From positions 66,639 to 130,638 of IMG/VR virus record IMGVR_UViG_3300020048_000036: a stretch of DNA of 64,000 nt; one strand, given 5' to 3'. Below, piece by piece: positions 43,381 through 53,373 of this stretch. Below the pieces are notes generated by a model. It was given only the letters and a program-made list of their open reading frames with translations. It was not told the DNA's origin and did not search any database. The translations under genes and the position numbers were made by a program. Numbering within the stretch: the first letter of the stretch is position 1; each line of letters starts with the position of its first letter. Source of the DNA: a virus.

Positions 43381-44379
43381 TTATTTATCTAAATGTTCTG
43401 ATAAATTATCAAGTGCTTTATGTAATTTTGCGGAAGATTCCCTTATCCGTCTTGCATGGTATTCTTCTTTCGCATCATCTAATTGCTTTCTTAATTCTTT
43501 ATATTCAAAAGACCTAGAACTAAAGTCAGTCATTTGATGTGTTAAATCTGCTATTAAATTTTGTAGTTCTAATTCAGTTAGGTCTTTCATTGGTTTTTGT
43601 TTTGCTATTTTCTTAATCAGTAGTTGTAGTTCTTCAAGGGGATTGACGGAAAGACATTCTTTATGCCCTCCAAAGTATATTTTTGGGCAATAAGTTAAAT
43701 GGTTAAAATTCTCTAAAAGAGTTTGTTCAATTATTATAGCATGGTACAAAGGTACAGAAAAATAAGCTATTATTTCTTTTTTGTAGACTTTTGGTAAGCT
43801 AGATGTTCTCTCCTTATATCTTCTACAAGTGGTAACCCCTACTTTATAAAATACTTCGTCCTCCCCTAGTAATTTAACTAAATATAAAGTAGCTTTTTTA
43901 TTTAAAAATTTTTCTTTATTTTTCTCTGCACTTTTAAAAGTATAGTGACCTTTACAATTTTCTTTTCTTAGTGTACATTTTTCACTATGCTGAGAACATC
44001 TAGCACACTTTTTTCCTATTAAATGACTTCCTGCAAGCTGAGTAAACTCTCCGTGGATTGAACAAATAATCTTTATTTTGTCTCTAAGTCTAACATACTC
44101 CACCTTACTATAATCATACAAATCACCATGTATTTCCTTAGCTTGGTTTATAAAAAATTCATTTTTGTTAACTGCGCTTTCTATAGTAGGGCAAACACCT
44201 TGTAATAAATCCCAAGGAGCAGTGTAACAATCTCCATATATAGTTCTTACCCTTAATCTTTCTTTCATCTTATTGAAAGAATCTACTACTGTAAAATAAC
44301 CACTTGCATAGCAATTATTACGTAGCATTAGAGCTTTTTCAAATTCTTCTTGATTGTCTTTATAATGTCTTCTAACCAT
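43381..44379 (-). CDS. Homing-endonuclease-like protein read in frame into a downstream 69-aa gene
   Basis: YDYSKVEY...K..IICSIHG.F.Q....H..G..C..C; LYLVKL.GEDE.FYKVGVT; FGGHKECL; internal AAAAACCA-ATG at 43590. Confidence 0.8.
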   Translation of the reverse strand: MVRRHYKDNQEEFEKALMLRNNCYASGYFTVVDSFNKMKERLRVRTIYGDCYTAPWDLLQGVCPTIESAVNKNEFFINQAKEIHGDLYDYSKVEYVRLRDKIKIICSIHGEFTQLAGSHLIGKKCARCSQHSEKCTLRKENCKGHYTFKSAEKNKEKFLNKKATLYLVKLLGEDEVFYKVGVTTCRRYKERTSSLPKVYKKEIIAYFSVPLYHAIIIEQTLLENFNHLTYCPKIYFGGHKECLSVNPLEELQLLIKKIAKQKPMKDLTELELQNLIADLTHQMTDFSSRSFEYKELRKQLDDAKEEYHARRIRESSAKLHKALDNLSEHLDK

Positions 44380-45280
44380 TAATCTTTTTTATAACAAAAT
44401 CTGCAATATCGGAACCTGATTCAAATTCCTCATCATCCAATTGCTCCATAAAATTAGAACATTTTATCGAGACCTCCAAATCTTCTTCAATAAATTCCTC
44501 ACATTTAGTTTTCCAGTATATATAAGTCTTCTCACCTTTATCTGGAATTACCTCACAATTTCTCCCCTTTAAACAAGGTAACAAGTGCTGCTGTAAGCCC
44601 GTGAACGACAACGTACTTAACCATATGTACTGGGGTCTCACACAATTTAAAATTAAGCTACTCTTCTCAGATTCTACTATTTTTATATCTTTCTCAGGAT
44701 ATTTTTTTATCAAATGGCTTCCAAAGGCTACCTGTTCATATTGAAACTCTTGATGATGTGTATGTAACCATCTAATATTGTCCCAGTAGTCAGAAAACTT
44801 AGTCCTCTTAGGTTCATTGTTGACAATATGGTAACGCATTAGTTTCCCAGAACGTATATTACCTTTTTCATCTACAAGTAAAAAGAGGGGTACATACTCA
44901 TTCCATTGTTTTACAAAAACACTAAATACAGCGTAATCATACAATATTTTCTTAGCAATATCTCCAAACTTCTCTACAAGCCAGATTGAAAGTGGGTCTT
45001 TATACCGTTCTAAATTAAGAGATAACACTTCCTCTTTGCTTATATATGAAGTAGGTAATACTATTTTAGGCTTTGGATTAGTTAGTATTGGTTGTGATGA
45101 TTCTGGTCTATTTATATATCCACATGTGTTTATGCGGTCACATTTTCCAAATTCTTCTGGTGCAAGAGTCTGATTCTCGTTATCAAAATACAAATTAAAT
45201 GAATGTTTTGTATTGCATTGGGGGCATTTGGTTTTGTAGTTTTTGTCGTGTTGTCTTTTGGCAAATTCATACCTGTACAT
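44372..45280 (-). CDS. Putative primase (Zn ribbon plus DUF6371/Toprim-like)
   Basis: CPQC...FGKCDR...CGY; FG.HL......I.IVESEKS; IPD...W; DIAD. Confidence 0.7.
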   Translation of the reverse strand: MYRYEFAKRQHDKNYKTKCPQCNTKHSFNLYFDNENQTLAPEEFGKCDRINTCGYINRPESSQPILTNPKPKIVLPTSYISKEEVLSLNLERYKDPLSIWLVEKFGDIAKKILYDYAVFSVFVKQWNEYVPLFLLVDEKGNIRSGKLMRYHIVNNEPKRTKFSDYWDNIRWLHTHHQEFQYEQVAFGSHLIKKYPEKDIKIVESEKSSLILNCVRPQYIWLSTLSFTGLQQHLLPCLKGRNCEVIPDKGEKTYIYWKTKCEEFIEEDLEVSIKCSNFMEQLDDEEFESGSDIADFVIKKING

Positions 45281-45315
45281 TATTTCTAATATTTAACTAT
45301 TTCCATTCTTGTGAA

Positions 45316-48300
45316 TTAAGTAGTTTTTTCGGCAATTCTACATTGGTGTAAGTAATCAATACACATTTTTATTCCACTTGTTTGGCCTGAATGGTAGTCA
45401 ACATCCTCTGGTGTGTAAAGACTTTGTGTATCACCTTCATGTTCATGAAATAGTTTATACAGCTTTTTAATTGCTTTACTATACTTATCTCCTGTTGCTT
45501 GTGGTTGCATCGTTTTTGTTTTGTTACTTCAAAGATACGGAAAGTTTTTTAGACCTGCAAATTTTTCCTGACTTTTCCGAAATTATTGTTGCTTAGGTGT
45601 ACTAGTATGTTACCATATCTTACCATTTTTATCCTTGTATTCTCTGATATAAGGTTTAACATTTCCCTAAGTATTTGGCTTCTCATTATTATATGGTTTT
45701 ACTGGTATAATAAATCTTTGTAGTTAACCTCAAGTATTGTTTTACTTAAAATTTCTTTTGCTTGCAAGTAGTGTTCTTGTGAAAAACCGTTAAAGTTTTT
45801 GGTGAAATTATTTGTTCTAATATTTTCTTCCCTTTTTCACTTATCTGAAAAGAAGTATACCAAGCATCAATATAGTCCTCTATTAAACCTTTTTCATACA
45901 ACGATTCTGCTTGCACAAATGTACCACCCTCATTCCTACGTAAATACCAATCTTCACCTTGAGGTAGACCTTGTTCCCTAAATTCACTTAGTGTAGGAGT
46001 TTCACTATCCCTGTATTCAAGAAAATCTTGTTCTCCACAACGGATAAGTAATTGTTCCTCTTCTTCTGTTAAGGTAATGGTTTCTGTGATTGTGTATTTT
46101 TTCATGGTTCAAATATAGTTAACTTTTTCGGAAAAACCTAATTATTCTGTAAGTATTTTATAACATTCTATGCCTTCAATATTATATGGTTCTTCCTCTA
46201 ACTTGGCGGAAATGTATTTTGTATCATTTTCACCGAATATCTTTTCCATCAATGTTCTTTTTATTGTAATATACCACAATTTATTGGTCTTTTCAAAATT
46301 TACTTTACGTTTGAATTTTGTTGCAGTTGGTGTTGATGCGTAGATGTAGAATGAATTTTCCGCAAAATCTTGGATTAAACCTAAGTAACTATCATTACCT
46401 GTCTGTAAATCCATCAACTCAATAGCACTAGTACTGATACCAATCTGTCCGTTTCTGCTTAAATAAAGTCTACTCATACAATATTTTTATTATACCAAAC
46501 TATTGCATCATACAAAGTTTCAAAAAGTTTTTGCGAGTTAAATTCCGCTATCGCATCCTGAATTTCGCAAGAAAACCACAAGAACTTACCATCACCTACA
46601 ACTTTTAGATTATCAAGAGATAAAAACTTCCTAGCTACAGGAAATAACCAATCAAAAGATTGATGAAACCTAAGTACAGAATAAGGTGAGCCATGTTCAA
46701 TACTAAAAACATAATCTCCCAAAATCCCTTCCTTATCATACCAACCATCACTATGTAAAACCATCCCACCGAATATGGCAAGTGTAGTGTTCTTTTCGTA
46801 AATATCTTGTATCATAAATCAAAGTTAACCTTTTAAATCCAAACTACCAAATTAAATCCCTGTCTTTTGTTTGATAATCTCCAATGCGTGTTCATATGCT
46901 GCTTGGCTCTCCAACAGGTTCGGGCTGTTGATGTAGCTAGGATAACAAGGCTATGGTCTTTGTGCCTCATTGGTTTTGGAAAATCGTTTGATTTTGGTTG
47001 TACCGTTGTTAGTTCGCTTTTCATGGTTGTAAAGTTAATGATTGTTTATTGAAGTTCTTTAGGGTAGGGTGCGTTTAATACTTCATCTTTTTCCATAGGG
47101 TGCAATCTGTCTGGCAATAATTCCCAACATTCTTCCCTCTGCTTATCACACATATCTTTGGCGTATTGGTGGATAGCCTCGATTGCTTGCTCACGTGTGT
47201 ATTCAGCACTGGAACAAATGCGTATTATTTCGGTGTACTTTTCTTCGGGTGTCATTGGTTGTGGTTTTTGGTCTTTTAATCTTTATGCGTTCCTTAGCTA
47301 TCAAATACCGAAAATCCGTTAGCTTGATACCGCTATTAGTGTAGCTGTAAGGTAGTTTACGGTCTTGTGCTATGGTGGTTAATTTTCTCATTTTCTAACT
47401 TTTCAAACAACTCATTGTATTTATCAAACAAATCTTTGCCCGTTAATGGTGTTGCATTGCTTTGGTTGCCTACCATGCCGTTTTTAAAGGGCGGTGGCGT
47501 GGTTTCAGCGTAATATGCCATACTTGCAACCACTAACATTAACTCATGCTTAGGGTCTAAGTTCAGCTTTTTTATTTCGGTTTTAAATTCAGATAGCTTT
47601 TCCGATACCGTCTTTTTGGTTGTGTCCATTGTGGTTAGTTTGGCTTACTAATATAGTGTTTTTTGTTGGCATTTACAAATAGTACCCTAATTCTCTTAGC
47701 TTGTCTACGTAGGCTGCGGTGTCGAAATAATCCAATCTAATACCACTTTCTAACTCATAACCTTTAACCAAAGCAAGGTTTATAATAGGCATCCTTACTA
47801 CCTTGTCTTCAGGGCTTGTTCCCGTATTTAAAATATGCTGGCCGTGCTTTTCTTCCCTGTACAAATATTTTTTCCCAGTTGCGGCACTTACCGCACTCTC
47901 CAAGTCCTTTATAAAGGCTTCCCCCTCTTGGGGCTTGAAAAGTGGCTTGTAATTATCCCATAAGTTACGTTCGTTCATGCAAAGGACAGTAACTACATTT
48001 AGCTTATACTTCTCCCCTACTTCCATCCATATTGGGGTATCTTTTTTTGGCTGGAAAGGATTAACGTATCCTTTAATTCGCTCCACCTCAATGGCATCTA
48101 TCCACAAATGTGGCTTTGCGTAGAATTTCGGGTACTTCTGTTGTAGTTCGTTGCTCATTCAAAGTAGTTTTTAAGCACCTGCGGGTTGATGCTGTTAAGA
48201 ATAAACATCTGCAACACATGGTTGCGCTGCTCTTGGGTCAATTGGCTCATATCGATTTGGAAGCCCCCGTTAAATTTGGGGTCTAGGTTAAATAGTGGTT

Positions 48301-49333
48301 TCATTTGTTAAGGTTGTAGTTGTATAAATAATCTTCGGTTGCCTTTTCGCCTTCCAGTTCTAAGGTTGCCATTAGTTCTAACAAGGCTTCATTTAGGGTA
48401 TCGCCAGTAGCGCAACTATTACTATATTCTGTATACCAACCCCGTTTTGTTCTTGCGACTTTTACTTTATCAAACCTATCGCACAAACAAGTGATTAGGT
48501 TATCAGTGGTTGGCTCAATGCCGTTATCCTTTAGGAATTGGGTTAGTTGCTGGGTTGTCATTTGTGGTTAGTTTAGTTACTCTAAGATACTGATTAATTG
48601 CCTAATTTTCAACTATTTAGCAATGTTTTTCTTTACTTGCTTTAGCCAATTTACTGCTTCTTTTGCAATATCGGCTCTGCCATTTTGAAATACGGCAAAA
48701 GAAGTGTATTGATTTTCAATTGCGGCTTTTTTAGCTTCAATATTTACCGCTTTAAAGTGCCTTATGCACATATCTAACTGGCGGTTTACTTCGTTTATAT
48801 CCATCGTAAAATCTTAAAATGTTCAGTTCTGAAATCACAAACGTACGGTCTTACATGCAAGTGTGCCACGTTGCCGTGTATGGTGGCTTTATAGCAAGCC
48901 CCACGCTGTAAACCGCAGTAGGTGTCCTGTTTGCCGTGGTAGGTTACTAACGCTGTCATGGCTGCTGGTTTAGTTGTCCTTTGGTTAGTGTCATGGCTTA
49001 TCCAAATAATTCATCTTGGGAAAATCCCCATTCATTTATTGTGCGGTGAAGCCCATCTAATACTTTGTCACGCTCCACTTTGGTCTTTTCGTTTAACTCT
49101 TGTAGCTTGTCAAATTCCTTCCACATTGGGTGTGATGGATTGCAGCCACGGTGGAATAAAAATTGTTGCTCTGTTTCATTGCCCCTGTGCAGGAAATTCT
49201 TTCTTTCCCTAATTAAATAATAACCGACAATAGGCAATTTGCACCTTACGCACTCCATTAAACCACATCGTAGGTAATCGCTATGGGCTACTTGATAGTA
49301 GTTTTTCCAACCGCTTGATGTATCCTTGCTCAT
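45316..49333 (-). CDS. Run of small hypothetical early genes (45316-45510, 45746-46105, 46142-46477, 46474-46815, 46833-47024, 47046-47255, 47357-47629, 47673-48158, 48301-48561, 48613-48804, ~48800-48960, 48998-49333)
   Basis: Co-directional ORFs; promoters at 45529, 46110 and 46820; 48998-49333 has CxxC...HxxC. Confidence 0.65.
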
Positions 49334-49409
49334 GTCCTTTGGTTTTTAGCTACCCACCACCACTAACAGCTTGCACAAATTGCGTAGCGGTGGGCAACCA
49401 GTTTGTTAA

Positions 49410-50056
49410 TTATCTACCCCAACGGGCTTCGTTATCTTTTTGCTCTAAGTAATCAGAGTAAGTATCTTTTTTGCTTGATTGCGTTTCCAGTTCCTTCACC
49501 CTATCCCGTAGGGCTTCAACTTCAACCAATAGCTTTGGTATTGATTCTAATGGGTCTTTAAATGGTTCGCAAGCGTTTACGCAAGCTACTATGCGTTTTA
49601 TGTTTGCCTCAGCGTTAGCTAGCCTCCATCCACTTAATTCAAAGGTTGCAATTCGCCCGTTTTGCAAATCTTCAATATTGTATTCTTGTTTTTTCCACGG
49701 TGTTGGTGTATGCATCACTTGGTTTTTAGTTTCTTAAAAAATACCCGTGGGGTTGTTCGCCCGAACTATCTAACACTCGGTTAAGAAATGTTAAAGCCCC
49801 CACGGGATAAGGTTTATTACCAAGTCAAATGGTAAAACATATCGTTACGGTCAAAAACTTGTTCGCAGCCAATACCGTTATTTTTAAGCCAAAGTTGCTG
49901 TTGCATGGAAAGCAATTTGTAATACGGTAGGAAATTATAGCCAGCCAAGTTTGCATTTTTTATTTGCTTCGTAAGCTCTATTGGTTCAATAGGCGCACCA
50001 CACCCGTTCCCATTTCGTTCTTCTTTTAGTTGTTCAGCTAAAGTTTTCACTTTCAA
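49410..50056 (-). CDS. Two hypothetical proteins (49410-49718 with HTP.PW...NA..IVACVNAC motif; 49817-50056)
   Basis: Intact ORFs separated by a structured intergenic element. Confidence 0.7.
49736..49806 (-). terminator. Branched hairpin or terminator
   Basis: CCCGTGGGG/CCCCACGGG stem with two inner hairpins, then a T-run. Confidence 0.55.
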
Positions 50057-50063
50057 TTAGTTT

Positions 50064-50095
50064 AAAAATTACCCGTGGGCAATACACCCACGGGC
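50064..50095 (-). terminator. Intrinsic terminator
   Basis: CCCGTGGG-TGTATTG-CCCACGGG followed by TAATTTTT. Confidence 0.75.
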
Positions 50096-50234
50096 TTGTT
50101 ATTCCACTAGCCTACCCGTCAGTAAGCATCACACGTCAATTCGTGTTTCCCTAATGCGCATTGTTAAGAGGCGGGGCGAGGTGTTTCTTTGTGTGGCATT
50201 TATAATTTAAAAGTGAGTAATAAAAATTAACCAG

Positions 50235-50365
50235 TACAGCCGACAGGATTTGAACCTGTAATTTTACTGCCCCGTTCGGAACCTTTAGGTATCCTATCCC
50301 TACCAGTATTGGATAGATATTTCGCTATACCTACGAGGTGCGTAAACCAATTTCGCCACGGCTGT
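50235..50365 (-). ncRNA. tRNA-like RNA (Leu-type acceptor/D/T arms) with an expanded anticodon/variable region
   Basis: ACAGCCG/CGGCTGT plus A73, TG-GCG-AAATTGGTTTA-CGC, ACAGG-TTCAAAT-CCTGT; 131 nt in total. Confidence 0.75.
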
Positions 50366-50421
50366 ACTGGCATCCCATCTTACCTATTCCCAAACTTAGC
50401 TTAGGTGTCAACGATAAGACA

Positions 50422-50610
50422 GTATTATTAGGGGCAACCTACATAACTAGCACAAGTTGCATTGTGGCAACCTAGTTACGGACGGTGATGCTCCGCCATT
50501 AGCGACTATCGGCTTGCCCCCGTATTATTGGGCAACCAACCTTTTAGCCCCCTATGGTATCAGATACCAACCTTAGTAGTTATAGCCTGTTGATTGGTTG
50601 CCCGTATCTT
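50422..50610 (-). ncRNA. Two tandem helix-closed structured RNA domains with repeated linkers
   Basis: GGGGCAA/TTGCCCC (50431-50520) and a 12-bp GGGCAACCAATC/GGTTGGTTGCCC helix (50530-50603); GTATTATT linkers at 50422 and 50522. Confidence 0.6.
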
Positions 50611-50617
50611 CAAAGAA

Positions 50618-50866
50618 CTATTCTCCTTTAGTCCAAGTGTCGTGTCCACCTTCGACATTTCTATAACCCATTGCAAGTGCAATAGTGTACCATTGCCCCC
50701 TACCATTATAGCTTTCCATGTGGCTTAATGCGCCCCACAAAATGTCTATTTTCTCTTGTTTTGTTAAATTATTAAAATGGTCAACAATGGTTTGAAATTT
50801 AATGTATTTCGGCTCGATAGTAGTTTTCATAAAGTTGTTTTTAGTTTGGTTAATTGCTTGGTACAA
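50618..50866 (-). CDS. Hypothetical protein
   Basis: ORF directly upstream of the RNA array. Confidence 0.65.
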   Translation of the reverse strand: MYQAINQTKNNFMKTTIEPKYIKFQTIVDHFNNLTKQEKIDILWGALSHMESYNGRGQWYTIALAMGYRNVEGGHDTWTKGE

Positions 50867-50877
50867 AAATAATAAAC

Positions 50878-51282
50878 TTATTTGGTAATTGCAAATTTTT
50901 TAGGAGTTATTTTTGTATTTTTCATTGTTTTTAATCTTTCCTCTATTCTTTGAGTGACTATAAATATATCGTTTTTTGTAGGTATGTATTGGTTCATAAA
51001 GGCTTTCGGCAAATTATCCCAAGCTGAACTGTAGTCTTGAACGTTAAAGCCTCTAGCTAAACATTCTTTGTGTAGTTGTTTATATCTTTCAAGCAAATAT
51101 GCTTGACGTGTGTAAAGAAAACGAACGTGCCCAGTTCCGAGTGTGAATTGCTTTGGTTGGTTTTTAAGACTGAATTTCCCCTTGCTTACTAAGTTTGGCA
51201 CACGAACCAACTCACGATGCTCCGCTAGTAGGTGAGCATCACATAATGTTTCTACTCTGATTCCAATGTTTACCCTTGTCAT
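50878..51282 (-). CDS. denV: Pyrimidine-dimer DNA glycosylase (T4 endonuclease V family)
   Basis: MTR.N....L.D.HL.AE.RE..R, FTLGTGHV.F and RY..L..EC..RG. Confidence 0.92.
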   Translation of the reverse strand: MTRVNIGIRVETLCDAHLLAEHRELVRVPNLVSKGKFSLKNQPKQFTLGTGHVRFLYTRQAYLLERYKQLHKECLARGFNVQDYSSAWDNLPKAFMNQYIPTKNDIFIVTQRIEERLKTMKNTKITPKKFAITK

Positions 51283-51317
51283 TTTCTTTTTTTTAGTTAC
51301 CTCAAAGGTAAGTAAAA

Positions 51318-52630
51318 TTATTTACCCAAACAAATAAGTTCTGTTAAATTTCTCAATACTTTTGCCAAGTGGTTTTTGTTCTCATATACGCCCATAAAAC
51401 CAGTCAAAGGTTCTTGTACTGTAAATAATATTTGGGTAAAATAGCTTTTTGCGAAAAACCTAGATTGGCATGGCTCTAGTATTTCCTTACAGGTTTCCTC
51501 AGTTGTAAGCATAGTACATAACCAAAAATTACCTCTTTTCTTTAGTAGTATATAGGGATGGTTAAAAGCATGGTGCATAAATACGTCACCTACTTTGTAG
51601 GTTAATGGTGTTACTTTTGCAGAGGTAGGGGGTAAATGTCTTAACCATTCTAATAATTGTTTCTTATCTATTGTTTGGAGCTTCTCTACTTTACTTATAA
51701 GTACTGCCTTGTCCATCATAGTGTTTTATTTGTTGTATGTAAATGTAGGTGTTTTTATTAGATTACATTAGCTTTTTCGCAAAAAATCTCGAAATTCCTC
51801 CACAACTTACCGACCCTCTTACATTCTTCCATTGCTGCTACTTTTATAAATCCATCAGTATCGGGGTTCATAAAAATTTTAGATACAGCAGAATATCTTT
51901 TACTAAACAGTTCTAAAATTTCCTCTTGTAGTTCTTTACTTAGTTCCATGTTTGTATTTTTTTGTTACTTAACTGTTACCAAATACTCTCCTACAATAAA
52001 ATTAATCCGCTGCAAATCCTCTAGGAAGATAATGTATTCTGCAATTTTATCCACATCCTTTACAGGAGGTAGTTTTATTTCAATACCTGTTTTGGTCACT
52101 TTCAAAATACCTTTGGAAAACTCATCAAAGTCTTTGTGAAATATAATATCAGAGTATATGATAGAAAATTGAAAGCCAAGTGCTTCAATGTCTTCAATAA
52201 TACCAATTGGTATATTTTTTACCCACTCAGGTAATACGTTTGAGTAATTTTCAATGTAGTCTGTAAATTCCATGTTTTTTTTTGTTTTAGTACAGTGTAA
52301 ATTTAGTCAATTAATTTGGTAATTGCAACTTTCTACTGACAATAATTTTTATTTATTTTCATAGTATTCTTTTGCGAAATCATCCCAAACCAACTCAATC
52401 TCATCAAAGAAATCAACTTCGTTCCAATCAGTATCTTTGTGTTTTTCCATGAAGTTGTCTGTAATTTCCTTTGCAAGCAACCACATTCCACCAGTTCCTT
52501 TGTCGTTGTAGATTTCATACGCAAAACCTTCTTCTTTATGTAGTTGCCATTCAATTCTGCTTACTATCTCGTGGTATGTTTCTAGGTAATCTTCTAAGTT
52601 TTCCATGTTATTTATTTTTGTATAGTACAA
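51318..52630 (-). CDS. Hypothetical proteins (51318-51719, 51758-51949, 51965-52273, 52349-52630)
   Basis: Intact ORFs. Confidence 0.7.
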
Positions 52631-52637
52631 AGATAGT

Positions 52638-53210
52638 CTAATTTTCTTTGATAAGCAAGTTTTCTTGCGAAATTATTTCTTTTAACTTACTAACATAGTT
52701 TGGGTCTTCTGCGTAATTTGAACCTAAATAATAAAAGTATTGCTCTTCACTACTAATCTTAGACAAATAAGCAGCAGAATACATCGCATAATCAAGTACA
52801 GATTCCTGCCATGAGTTGAAATAAGCATGTCCGTTCTCCTCACCTTTGTTAGTTGTAGGCCGTTTCCTAGCCTGTCGCATTCCAAATATGTTATTATTAT
52901 TTAAGAATATATGACTTTGAAAGTTACCAGTCTCTAACCTAGCTTGAGCATACACTATATGTGGAAACCTAATATTCAAGTCCAGTATATATGCTTTTAA
53001 TTTTTCAGGTGAAAATTCAAGTTCTTTTTGCGATTCACGAATAATTATTGCCTTGGTTTCCTCTGTTATATACTTAACTTCACTTAACTGGTAACTTAAA
53101 GCAGTGTTTATAAGTAAGGTTAATAATAAAGTTGTACCTAAGATTATACCTAAAATAGGCCATAAAACATTCCTATATAGTAGCCTTTTCTTGTCGAAGT
53201 AGTATATCAA
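52638..53210 (-). CDS. Glucosaminidase/FlgJ-like peptidoglycan hydrolase with an N-terminal TM anchor
   Basis: AQARLETG, NN.FGM, SWQES..DY and YAEDPNY..KL; TM at about residues 16-38. Confidence 0.85.
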   Translation of the reverse strand: MIYYFDKKRLLYRNVLWPILGIILGTTLLLTLLINTALSYQLSEVKYITEETKAIIIRESQKELEFSPEKLKAYILDLNIRFPHIVYAQARLETGNFQSHIFLNNNNIFGMRQARKRPTTNKGEENGHAYFNSWQESVLDYAMYSAAYLSKISSEEQYFYYLGSNYAEDPNYVSKLKEIISQENLLIKEN

Positions 53211-53373
53211 AATATTACGTTTTTAAGTGTTATTTCTAAAAACATCTTGTCAATATCACTGTAAGTAACATAACTTCTACCTAGTATGTACTGCTCAGAT
53301 AAATATTTTTTGGTAGGCTCAGATAGACTATCCCACCAAGCAACTGATTTTTCTCGTGTTTCCATACAACTTT

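Noticed and set aside
50235-50365. tmRNA
   Set aside because: It has a true D-stem, is only 131 nt, and has no tag ORF or G3:U70 pair.
50511-50603. Group I intron core (GGCTAT/ATAGTC P7-like pairing pseudoknotted with GGGCAACC/GGTTGCCC)
   Set aside because: Only 8 nt lie where the P4-P6 domain should be, and no interrupted exon is evident.
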